A stretch of 20,000 bases of DNA from Ferroacidibacillus organovorans (GTDB lineage Bacteria > Bacillota > Bacilli > Alicyclobacillales > SLC66), in assembly GCF_001642725.1 (NCBI RefSeq), contig NZ_LSUQ01000002.1:115525-135524 (forward strand). The letters run 5' to 3'. How positions within the stretch are numbered: position 1 is the stretch's first letter; each line of letters begins with the position of its first letter. The notes under the pieces are model-generated. The model was not told the DNA's origin and made no database searches. It worked only from the letters and a program-made list of their open reading frames with translations. Positions 10,766 to 19,341 of this stretch are shown piece by piece. Position numbers and translations under genes: made by a program.

Positions 10766-11683
10766 ATGTCTGAACAAGCAGAAAACCAACAGGATGTCCT
10801 TGCCAAACTCATTGAGCGCCACTCAGAACAGGACGGCGTTCATGAAACGAAAATTCCCTCTCTATTTTTCATTCGTCACTCCTATATAACCGGACCGACT
10901 TATGGAGTTTATAAGCCTTCTTTTTGCATTGTCGTGCAAGGAGCCAAGGAGGTCTTGTTAGGTCAAGAGCGCTTTAAGTATAGCTCTGCTAATTACCTTG
11001 TCGCATCCATGGACCTACCAGTTACCGCTCAGGTCACGGAAGCATCGATCGGATTACCCTATTTAAGTCTTAAACTAGAGTTCACTACGGCTCAAATATT
11101 GGAGGTTCTGAGTGACTCTAAGGTTCACATTGGACCACACAACCATTCGAATCTCGGTATGTTTGTCAGCCAGATGGAGCCTTCGTTGTTAGATGCTGTA
11201 CTAAGGTTAGTACGTTTGTTGGATCATCCAGAGGATATCCCTTTTCTCAGATCGATCATCACAAAAGAAATTCTCTACCGGATTCTACAAGGTGAACACG
11301 GTATTACACTTGAACATATTGCGATGGAGGGAAGTGCCGGTTATCAGATCAGAAATGTAATCGAACACATCGTGAATCATTTGGAGCGGTCTTTTAGGAT
11401 TGAGGAACTCGCGGAAATGGCGAGTATGAGTGTGGCTTCGCTTCATAGGCACTTTAAAGAGGTGACTGCCATGAGTCCAATCCAATTCCAAAAGCAACTA
11501 AGGCTCCAGAAAGCGCGGCGTCTGCTATTTTCCGGGTCGACAGATGCCGCAGATGTCGCCTTCAGAGTTGGCTATGAAAGCCCTTCGCAATTCAGTCGCG
11601 AATATTCTCGCCTGTTTGGATTGCCACCTAGAAAGGATGTAAAACATTTAAGGGAGCGAAATGACCAAACCATAGAAGCCTAA
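10766..11683 (+). CDS. AraC-family regulator (YqhC-like, AraC_N domain)
   Basis: CIVVQGAKEV N-domain; MSVASLHRHFKEVTAMSPIQFQKQLRL, VGYESPSQFSREYSRLFG; ATG 10766 after GAGGAGG. Confidence 0.92.
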   Translation: MSEQAENQQDVLAKLIERHSEQDGVHETKIPSLFFIRHSYITGPTYGVYKPSFCIVVQGAKEVLLGQERFKYSSANYLVASMDLPVTAQVTEASIGLPYLSLKLEFTTAQILEVLSDSKVHIGPHNHSNLGMFVSQMEPSLLDAVLRLVRLLDHPEDIPFLRSIITKEILYRILQGEHGITLEHIAMEGSAGYQIRNVIEHIVNHLERSFRIEELAEMASMSVASLHRHFKEVTAMSPIQFQKQLRLQKARRLLFSGSTDAADVAFRVGYESPSQFSREYSRLFGLPPRKDVKHLRERNDQTIEA

Positions 11684-11829
11684 ATCATGGTTAATAAACT
11701 TACTTTCGCGAGACCTGCTATTCGTGAATAGACTACGTTTTGCGCTGGATTAGTGCCCGCTCCAGCGCCCCAGTCGCGTTCATCCCGCCCATACTTTTGG
11801 ATGGCGTGGGTAGTAACGCTACTCTTTCA

Positions 11830-12660
11830 TCAACTCTTGAAGTAATGACCTTGTTCGAGATCAGCCATGAGTCCACGATGCAATGGATGCCATCCCAAGA
11901 GCTCTTGAGTCTGTACGCTCGACCTTGGGATGTCGAGAGCTGCAACGATACCGAGAAAGCCGAAGTGGGATTCTGCCTCGTCACGCGAAATGCTGACCAC
12001 CGGCAGGTTCAAGTGCTTACCAATGACACTGGCGATATCACGAAACGGCACCCCTTCATCGGCGACCCCATCTAGCCGTGAACCGGCTGGTGCCTTTTCA
12101 AGCGCGAGGCGAAATAGGTGCGCCGCATCAAGTCGGTGTACAGCCGTCCAATGGTTGGATCCGTCTCCGATGTAAGCTGAGACACCCTTATCGCGGGCAA
12201 TGTTGATGAGTCTTGGCACGAAGCCTTTGTCACCCTCACCGTGAACGGACGGTGCTAGAGACACAATTGATGTCCGTGCCCCACGCTTAGCCAGGGCTTT
12301 CACCTCGTTTTCCGATGCAGCTCCGTTGGCGTGAGCCGTGATCACGAACGGTTTCCCCGATCCTTTGAGCACAGCTCCCATTGACTCGACAGCGCGTAGA
12401 TCGGTTTTCAGCGCGTCGTCAAAGTTTGAGAAATCGTGTTTAAATGCAAGGTGAATGACACCGTCCGCAGCAGCAGCTCCGCTTTGAAGACTGTCGAGAT
12501 CGTCGAGGGCACCATGATGTATCTCGACACCCACTTCTTTAAGCATAGCGGCACTACTTCCCGAGCGGGTAAGTCCGACGACTTTATGACCAGCATGGAC
12601 GAGTTCTCGGACGACGGCGGAACCAATGTAGCCTGTTGCTCCTGTTACGAAAACACGCAT
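11830..12660 (-). CDS. Extended SDR / NAD-dependent epimerase-dehydratase family oxidoreductase
   Basis: MRVFVTGATGYIG, ADGVIHLAF, WTAVHRLDAA; RBS AAGGAGG. Confidence 0.9.
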   Translation of the reverse strand: MRVFVTGATGYIGSAVVRELVHAGHKVVGLTRSGSSAAMLKEVGVEIHHGALDDLDSLQSGAAAADGVIHLAFKHDFSNFDDALKTDLRAVESMGAVLKGSGKPFVITAHANGAASENEVKALAKRGARTSIVSLAPSVHGEGDKGFVPRLINIARDKGVSAYIGDGSNHWTAVHRLDAAHLFRLALEKAPAGSRLDGVADEGVPFRDIASVIGKHLNLPVVSISRDEAESHFGFLGIVAALDIPRSSVQTQELLGWHPLHRGLMADLEQGHYFKS

Positions 12661-12709
12661 CGCGAGATCCTCCTTAAACGTTAGGATGTATTTTTACTTG
12701 AACAATATC

Positions 12710-12740
12710 AGTCTAAACTATAGAGTGAACTCTAAGGCAA
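12710..12740 (-). promoter_or_regulatory. MerR-type promoter/operator of the SDR gene
   Basis: Minus strand -35 TTGCCT, 19-bp spacer, -10 TAGACT; spacer holds dyad TAGAGT-GA-ACTCTA (12721-12734). Confidence 0.85.
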
Positions 12741-12762
12741 GTGATCATGAGGAGATATTTGC

Positions 12763-13140
12763 ATGCGAATTCAAGAGTTAGCTGAAAAGGCGGGGTTAAC
12801 AGCTTACACCATTCGTTTTTATGAGAAAGAAGGCTTATTGGACAGTCGGCATGTCAATAGAGAAGATAATAACGATCGCAACTATTCAGAAGGGGCTATT
12901 GACCGTCTAAATCTGGTAAAGAAGTTTTAGGGATTGGGTTGTACACTCTCTGAACTGAAGGAAATCTTGAAAGACCATGATACGAATATGCGCACCAATC
13001 TCGAGGTGATTGAATGGATTCGTCAAAAGATGAGTGAGGTCGAACGCAAAAAGGACGACCTGGATCAGATACTTGAGACACTTAACTGGATGTTGGAGTA
13101 CAGGATGGCATTGATGAAGAATTCCCAACGCTCACTCTAG
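12763..13140 (+). pseudogene. MerR-family regulator (AdhR/NmlR-like) with in-frame TAG at codon 56
   Basis: ATG 12763 after GAGGAG: MRIQELAEKAGLTAYTIRFYEKEGLL...NLVKKF*GLGCTLSELKEIL; TAG at 12928-12930, same frame continues to 13140. Confidence 0.88.
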
Positions 13141-13462
13141 GTTAACGATACGCCTCTGATTAAGTCGTGCGTCGGTTTGATTCAGCACTGTGAACATCCG
13201 ATTCCCCTGGTATCAAAATCCTTATGCACACGTCCGCAAAACTCTATCTGACAAAAGCGAGGTTTCGCATCCAAGGATGTGTAATCGTATAGAATAGTGT
13301 ACTAATTTTCTGTGAAATGCACCTTACTTGCTTGGAATGGATAAAAATAGGAATGGCTAAGCCATAGAAATCGATTTATTAGCCAGTGAAACGCTGTAAC
13401 AGGTAATTGTCTAACTTATCGTAGTGATGTGTTATTTTTAATATGATATGTGGGTATGAACC

Positions 13463-13609
13463 ATGAAAAGTAGCACTCGTAAGGTCACAAGCAAATCCGT
13501 TGCTTCAGAAGCCTCACGTATTCTGCGTGACAAACGATTCAGTGCAGCCTCTAAAAGCGTGGCAGGTTCTGCCCTTGCACAGACCCGAGCAAGGAAAAAG
13601 AGTAAATAA
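13463..13609 (+). CDS. Small basic hypothetical protein (48 aa)
   Basis: MKSSTRKVTSKSVASEASRILRDKRFSAASKSVAGSALAQTRARKKSK; below the ORF-track cutoff; recalled resemblance to a conserved uncharacterised family with SK.VAS.AS..L...KSVAGSAL.Q. Confidence 0.7.
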   Translation: MKSSTRKVTSKSVASEASRILRDKRFSAASKSVAGSALAQTRARKKSK

Positions 13610-13926
13610 GATCGATTGAATCATTCACTCACAAAGGACTGACAGAGATATAGACCGAAAGTATAGAAATTTGTGTTTGTCGTTGGCAGAAGTCACTCAA
13701 AGACCGACGAAATAGATAAGGAGTCAATCGAGCGAATATAGTCCTGTGAGAACGTAACTTTTTGTGTTGTAGTGCAAAGCAGGACCTACAAACTGGTCTA
13801 CAAACTCAACCCTAACATGGCAAAAACCCGCTATTTACGCGGGTTTTGGGGTGAAGGCGATCCGTGCTAGTTCACATCCACGACCTCCACCACAACGCCG
13901 GTATTTGTACTTAAGTAACAAAAAAA

Positions 13927-14319
13927 CTATGGTTCGATAAATTCCAAACCGTATTCCAATTGTGCAAATCGAAGTTGTTTATCTCTGGAAACAAAAGAGA
14001 GTTCATTTTCAAGCGCAGTGGCTAAAATTAAAGCATCCGGCGTTTTAATCGACCGACTGTTTGCGCGTTGGCTCAGTTGCAGCTGTGCAGCTCGTTGTGC
14101 CACCTTCGAATCCACAACAAGAATACGTCGTTCAATCAAAAGTCTGTCCGCCCTCAGATGTTCACCGGGTCTTAAATTGTTTCTAATCTCACACTCGGAA
14201 ATGGCCGAAAAGAAGAATGATGCCCCCTCGCCAGTAATCTTCCGAAGGAAGTTGGTGACAGATTCGTCATTCGCTAATAGGTATATTCCGATATTGGAAT
14301 CAAGCAAGTACCCCGGCAA
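13927..14319 (-). CDS. PIN-domain (VapC-like) toxin
   Basis: YLLDSNIGI, SAISECEI, KTPDALILATA, VSRD: conserved PIN acidic residues; TTG start abutting upstream stop. Confidence 0.88.
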   Translation of the reverse strand: MPGYLLDSNIGIYLLANDESVTNFLRKITGEGASFFFSAISECEIRNNLRPGEHLRADRLLIERRILVVDSKVAQRAAQLQLSQRANSRSIKTPDALILATALENELSFVSRDKQLRFAQLEYGLEFIEP

Positions 14320-14550
14320 TCACGCCCACTCCTCTCGGGAGCGACGAATGTTATCGATAGCTTGTGCCGCTTCCTCCGCGGTGAAATCTGGGGGAGCACT
14401 TAAGATCTCTTCCAAGTCTTCAACTGGGTCTAGTTCTATCGTCTCTGATTCAACATCAATCACGATTCGCTTTCGATCAATATGATTCTTCTTTAGAAAG
14501 TCCCGAAGTTTCATGGCTAGTTCCGGATCCAGTTTCTCATTCATCGCCAT
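14320..14550 (-). CDS. Putative antitoxin of the PIN toxin
   Basis: 76 aa, acidic, C-terminus IDNIRRSREEWA; coupled to PIN gene; RBS AAAGGGGTG; upstream extended -10 TGtTATAAT at 14590-14598. Confidence 0.72.
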   Translation of the reverse strand: MAMNEKLDPELAMKLRDFLKKNHIDRKRIVIDVESETIELDPVEDLEEILSAPPDFTAEEAAQAIDNIRRSREEWA

Positions 14551-14988
14551 TTGGAGAAACACCCCTTTCGCCGTTTTCCAAGTCCATTCATTATAACACT
14601 TGACCGTGTAGTTAAAGCCACAGACAGAAGAACTCAATGCTTCCGCTCTGTGTAACCCATTGCTTGGTATCCATTAAGTCGTTTTCGGAAGAACAAGAAA
14701 GAGTCAAAAATCCAAGCAGGGCAAGTATTTCCGGGGATTTTTGGTTTCACTCACAAGGTGACGTAAAACGCATAGAAAAAGACCCAACCTCTTGGCAGTG
14801 TTAAGGTATCCCTGTATTTGCTAACTTGGTTTTGAGCCGCTTCGATTACCTGAGCGTGAGCCACTCTATTCATGTTTTAATCCATATATAGGCGCTATTT
14901 ACATGAAATCGCCATGGGCATGATTCATTGCGAAGGCGCGATCTCCCAGGAATTTTCGCTAGGCAGACAGCCTATCATTCCCATCACT

Positions 14989-15833
14989 TCATGTAATGAG
15001 CGCCTGGTCAACTAGAAACTCGCTGGCCGATTGCGCGTTTTCGAAGCTCAAAAATCCCCGTGTCACTAAGTTCAACACCTGATCCGCATCCTCGCGCGAC
15101 AAGACGTACTCGTCCACCATCTTCTTCAAGATATGCGACAACTCTTCTACAACTCGCGCTCGTACCGTGGTTGACAGCTTACTAATTTCCACCGCAACGG
15201 CTGCCAGGCAAACTACGTAGTACCATGGCCCATCCGGATTCAAGTCCAGTGCTCGGCGCATCTTCACCAAAACTTGGTGAAGATGATCCATAGAAATCGG
15301 ACTCTCTAAAAAATCAATGACCAGGCTTGCAACTGGTTTTGGCAACCGCTCCAGCTTCGGAACAATTTGCATCAAGGTATCAATCGTTTCTGTCAAAGGT
15401 GGCTCAATAATGGCCAAAATGACCTTTTCCAAGTCCACATCGTCGAGTACCATCCGCATTTCCCCTGATCCTAACGGCCATTCGTGCACAATCCCTGAGA
15501 CAACCGCTTCCCTTCCATCGCCTATTTGCTCGATCAATTGATTCCCCCGAGTCTCCGACAAGGTCCACAGCGCTTGCATGTGCCCCGTCTCATCCGATAT
15601 TTGCAGGGTCAGACAATCCCGCCCATAACTCCCCGGTTCCCGCTCCACAAACTGCACGTATACTCCGAGATACTCAGCACGCCCGCTCGAAGTTCCGAAA
15701 TCGGTTCAGGACTTACTCCTCGACGAATGGATGGAACCTGGAACCGTTCGGCCAAACATCCATAATCCCCACGCTCAAACAAGTCATCAGAAGTCAGTGG
15801 AATCAACTTGTTAAAATTTGTAACGTGAACCAT
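14989..15833 (-). pseudogene. Frameshifted OB-fold protein (YhaM-like N-terminus)
   Basis: ORFs 15833-15609 and 15657-14989 join by a single-base shift near 15658-15662 to give ISELRAGVLSISEY/VQFVEREPGSYGRDCLTLQISDETGHMQALW. Confidence 0.5.
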
Positions 15834-15907
15834 CCTCGCTCTTTGTATCGTCGGTATATGAAATCAACCGCATTGATCGGTAATGTATCTGGCAAAGTGT
15901 AGAATCC

Positions 15908-16111
15908 ATGCATCCGTCGGTCTCTGAACCTCATCAACGCCAAATATCACCGGTCGACTCACGATCAAGTCCTGAATTGGACCTACTACACCATATGGTG
16001 GATGGAATATCAGGCAACAGCAAAATATCTGAGGCGGAAAAAGAGTTAATTCTTCTAGACAATGATAGATGGATTGCACTCGGAATGATCGTCGGTCGTA
16101 AAGGGAAATAA
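15908..16111 (+). pseudogene. Possible truncated gene (3' end of a cassette)
   Basis: 67-aa ORF without clear RBS whose stop lies 35 bp before repeat copy 1, as the RidA stop lies 32 bp before copy 3. Confidence 0.3.
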
Positions 16112-16146
16112 GTGTCCGAAACAACAAGGGGTCAAATTCGACTCCT

Positions 16147-16255
16147 TGTTGCACTATCAGGGTACACATCTGCAGTGGCGGGTGGTACGGTTGTGTTTAA
16201 TTATGCAGTCGGTCATAGTGAAGGTTATTGCGCAACTGGGCAGTTATCATCAATA
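16147..16255 (+). repeat. Tripartite intergenic element, copy 1
   Basis: L TGTTG CACTATCA GGGTAC ACATCTG CAGTG (16147); M GTGTTTAATTATGCA (16193); R TATTG CGCAACT GGGCAG TTATCAT CAATA (16226). Confidence 0.75.
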
Positions 16256-16316
16256 TCTCTCAAGGTAGGCATGTATCATATCTCGGACAAATGGCGAAAA
16301 TAGGCACAAATAATTG

Positions 16317-16345
16317 TGTAACCAAATCCGCTCCCGCTTCGTCTA
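16317..16345 (+). promoter_or_regulatory. Putative ECF-sigma promoter
   Basis: TGTAACC-N16-CGTCTA, 37 bp before the lipoprotein ATG. Confidence 0.5.
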
Positions 16346-16382
16346 TATGGCTGTAAAAGACTTGACAACTGGAGCGATCATC

Positions 16383-17435
16383 ATGAAGAATCGAATTTTA
16401 ATTCTGCCATTGATCATTGTTGCGGGGATAACCCTTACTGCCTGTAGCAACTCATTTGCGGCTGGAGATGCAGGGCAATCTCAGACGTCGGAGGTGACGC
16501 ACGCGGCGGCACCAGCTGTCTCGGCTCCAGCATGGTTCGTACATGACTTGCAACTTGCTGAACAGGCTAATTTGAAGAATGGGTTAAATTACATGCTGAA
16601 TTGGGGCGAAGGTACTGTTACGTCCAACGTCCAAAAACAAATGAATCAACTTTGGTTTGGCGTTTCGACGAACATAAAACAGAACCCTTTATTTGGATAT
16701 TCTTGGTCGATGATGTATCAGATGGTTAAAAGTCAGCCCCAAGCACTGATGTCAGTAAGTGTCTTAGAAAAAGTTGTGCAAGGCGGTAGCACTGCCGGTG
16801 TCCTAGTGTCGGCGAAGAGTATGTCTCTCCCCAACTACGCCTCTATTGCCTTTGCCAATGGGCAAGTTATCACAGCCGCTAACAAATCGGGGGAACTTTT
16901 CTACAGTGTGTATCCTGTAAAAGGTGTGTCGGTTCCATCGACGAATGTATCTGCGAGTTCATCTGCCAAACTGAGCGAATATGGTACACACGACTTTGGG
17001 CTGACTGAAAGGACCTATCCCTCCACCGCTACTGCTTTCAATGCACTAAATCATCTTCAAGACACAAGTATTGGACAGTTCATTCCAACAGGTTCCGATG
17101 TTAGTCTCGGTTCGGGAATTAAAGCGCGACATTCAAACAAAGGTGGATTGAATAGTTATAGCTGGAAGGAAGGGCGGTGGTCAGTTGTTACACAGTTTTG
17201 GGCTAACACTCCAGATGCATTGGGTGTCTCCAGAAACATGGTGAGCTATATGCATTCGCATATGCTTCCTGCTCCGTACAGCAAGGGGTTCATCACCGCT
17301 GTACAGCCGAGGACTTCAAAGCGTTCCAATCATTTAGTTACCATCATTGCATGGCAGGTCGGTAGTCACCTTTATGAGCTGAAGCGGACGGGCAATCCAG
17401 TAACCGCATTAGAAACTGTTTTGACTATGAAGTGA
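16383..17435 (+). CDS. Hypothetical lipoprotein
   Basis: MKNR + hydrophobic core + lipobox LTAC; ATG 16383 after GGAG. Confidence 0.8.
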   Translation: MKNRILILPLIIVAGITLTACSNSFAAGDAGQSQTSEVTHAAAPAVSAPAWFVHDLQLAEQANLKNGLNYMLNWGEGTVTSNVQKQMNQLWFGVSTNIKQNPLFGYSWSMMYQMVKSQPQALMSVSVLEKVVQGGSTAGVLVSAKSMSLPNYASIAFANGQVITAANKSGELFYSVYPVKGVSVPSTNVSASSSAKLSEYGTHDFGLTERTYPSTATAFNALNHLQDTSIGQFIPTGSDVSLGSGIKARHSNKGGLNSYSWKEGRWSVVTQFWANTPDALGVSRNMVSYMHSHMLPAPYSKGFITAVQPRTSKRSNHLVTIIAWQVGSHLYELKRTGNPVTALETVLTMK

Positions 17436-17510
17436 ACACAGATGTACCAACAAAAGCGAGTGGACTGCGAAAGGCAAACAAGGAGTTGAAATGCTCATTG
17501 CGGGTATCTC

Positions 17511-17622
17511 TTCTTCAGGTAAAGGATGCAAGTGTGCAATAGCCGTCGCATAGGCACTAGTGTATGATTATACATGGGATTCGACCAAGCGATCTTGCGT
17601 ATGCTGGCAGTTTAGTTTAGCA
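17511..17622 (+). repeat. Tripartite intergenic element, copy 2
   Basis: L TTCTT CAGGTAAA GGATGC AAGTGTG CAATA (17511); M GTGTATGATTATACA (17560); R TCTTG CGTATGC TGGCAG TTTAGTT TAGCA (17593). Confidence 0.75.
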
Positions 17623-17699
17623 AAGGTTGGTAAATCAGTAAGCGGATGATCAGCATTTTTGCCACACCTTCCATCCGTAACTGAAATAAGGAGGGAATT

Positions 17700-18107
17700 A
17701 TGGAGAGAAACGTTTCATTTATACAATCAGGGAGTCTAGCTTCAGTGGATTACCCATACGCCAGTAGAGTACCCTCGGGAATGGACTTGATTTTCTTAGC
17801 AGGAGCTTGTCCCCTTGATAAAGACGGGAAAGTTCCATTTATCAATAATTATGAGCTTCAGGCCAAGCTTTGCGTAGATAATTTGAAGCAAGCTCTGAAG
17901 GATAGCGGCGCTGCGCTTCGGAATATTGTATATACCAGGGTTATCGTGGCAACTCAAAATTCGACGGATTTGGTAACTGCCTGGAACATGGTAAAGAAGG
18001 AATTTGGAGATCATGATGTGCCAAGCACTTTGTCTGGTGTGACAGTGTTAGGCTATCCAGATCAGCTAGTCGAAATCGAAGCGATTGCCGCAATAGATAC
18101 CGAATGA
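17700..18107 (+). CDS. RidA/YjgF/UK114-family protein
   Basis: IFLAGACPLD, QAKLCVDNL, PSTLSGVTVLGYPDQLVEIEAIA; RBS AAGGAGG. Confidence 0.9.
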   Translation: MERNVSFIQSGSLASVDYPYASRVPSGMDLIFLAGACPLDKDGKVPFINNYELQAKLCVDNLKQALKDSGAALRNIVYTRVIVATQNSTDLVTAWNMVKKEFGDHDVPSTLSGVTVLGYPDQLVEIEAIAAIDTE

Positions 18108-18139
18108 TTAGGTTTGTGAACAACAAGACTTTTGTATCT

Positions 18140-18251
18140 TATTGCACGAAACGGGTGCGAAAATGCAATAGTCAGAGACGATTAACGGGTGTACGATTAT
18201 GCAGAGAGACACCAATGCGATTGTTGCGCATTAGGGCAGGAGAGTACAACA
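18140..18251 (+). repeat. Tripartite intergenic element, copy 3
   Basis: L TATTG CACGAAAC GGGTGC GAAAATG CAATA (18140); M GTGTACGATTATGCA (18189); R TGTTG CGCATTA GGGCAG GAGAGTA CAACA (18222). Confidence 0.8.
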
Positions 18252-18418
18252 GAGTCATAGTATGTAAGTAAGTAAGTAACGTAGATGCTCAACTTTATAG
18301 ATTGATCGGGTATCTTTCAAAGGAGGTCCTTCCAGTGATTATTGCTTGACTCGGAGAGATCATAAGTTGATGATCCCTCCCAAAGGTTGAACCAAGCATA
18401 TCAGGAGGGACAAAATAA

Positions 18419-18952
18419 ATGAGTAATGAAGCTTGTGCTGTTATGGTCATAGACGCGCAAAATGGTTTAGTGAGTACGGTGCGCGATGGCGAAATTGTTT
18501 TGACAAGGATTGCGAACGTGTTGAGAAAAGCACGTCAAAGAAAAGTCCCCATCCTGTTCATTCAACACGATTCGGATGAGGGTAACTTGAAAATCGGAAC
18601 GCCAGGATGGGGACTTCATCCATGCCTTATCCGAACTCAAGATGAAACTGTGATTCACAAGCGAGCATCGGATGCCTTTTATGCAACGGAGCTAGAGGAT
18701 ATTCTAAGGGCGATGGGAATCCAGAGATTGTTTGTTTGCGGCTTTAAGACAGAAATGTGTGTCGATACGACATCTCGACGTGCTACAACGCTCGGATTCG
18801 ATGTGACTCTTATCACAGATGCACATTCTACTACCGACAATGATGTTCTGTCGGCTCAACAGATTACTGATCATCACAACCATACTTTGGATGACTTTGG
18901 CAATGATGCCCACTGGATTGTGACTGCAAGTAGTGACGACGAACTGTTTTGA
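18419..18952 (+). CDS. Isochorismatase-family cysteine hydrolase
   Basis: VIDAQ (Asp), IHKRASDAF (Lys), GFKTEMCVDTT (Cys), DAHST; RBS AGGAGG. Confidence 0.92.
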   Translation: MSNEACAVMVIDAQNGLVSTVRDGEIVLTRIANVLRKARQRKVPILFIQHDSDEGNLKIGTPGWGLHPCLIRTQDETVIHKRASDAFYATELEDILRAMGIQRLFVCGFKTEMCVDTTSRRATTLGFDVTLITDAHSTTDNDVLSAQQITDHHNHTLDDFGNDAHWIVTASSDDELF

Positions 18953-18960
18953 GGATGGGC

Positions 18961-18991
18961 GAAAAGAAGGGGACACCGCCCCCTTCTTTTC
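18961..18991. terminator. Intrinsic, probably bidirectional terminator
   Basis: GAAAAGAAGGGG-7 nt-CCCCTTCTTTTC, 8 bp after the isochorismatase stop. Confidence 0.8.
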
Positions 18992-19341
18992 AAAGTGTTT
19001 ATAAAACTTGGTATCGGTCCCTTACTCAGTAATCGTGGGCGAATGTTCAAGAAAGCCGTGCTGGTGTACTGCCAAATCACCGGTAACCCATTACACGAAG
19101 TCGACTCAAAAGCCTGAAGTTCCAATGACTTCCTTTAGTTTGATTTGCATATCCGGATGATTCACAAAAACCTCGGCCTGTAGACGTGCCGCGCGCTTTA
19201 CTTCGTCACACTCCAACTTAAATAGCGGCTTCGACGATTTACAATATTCCTCCACGTGCTTCAACAGCGGGTTGGGCGTACACGTCTTCGAATCACCATA
19301 TGTCAGCCCTCCATAGGTTCATAGTCATAATGATCGAGTTA

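Noticed and set aside
11742..11768. GCGCTGGA/TCCAGCGC dyad with GGGCAC core (minus strand) as another cassette site
   Set aside because: Arms are off-register by one base, there is no TTGCG/CAA signature and no M box; more likely a hairpin between convergent genes.
16147..18251. CRISPR array
   Set aside because: Repeats are divergent and separated by whole genes; no cas genes in the window.
19106..19300. Minus-strand short or frameshifted ORF after a GGAGG RBS
   Set aside because: Reading frame is broken early and has no recognisable motif.
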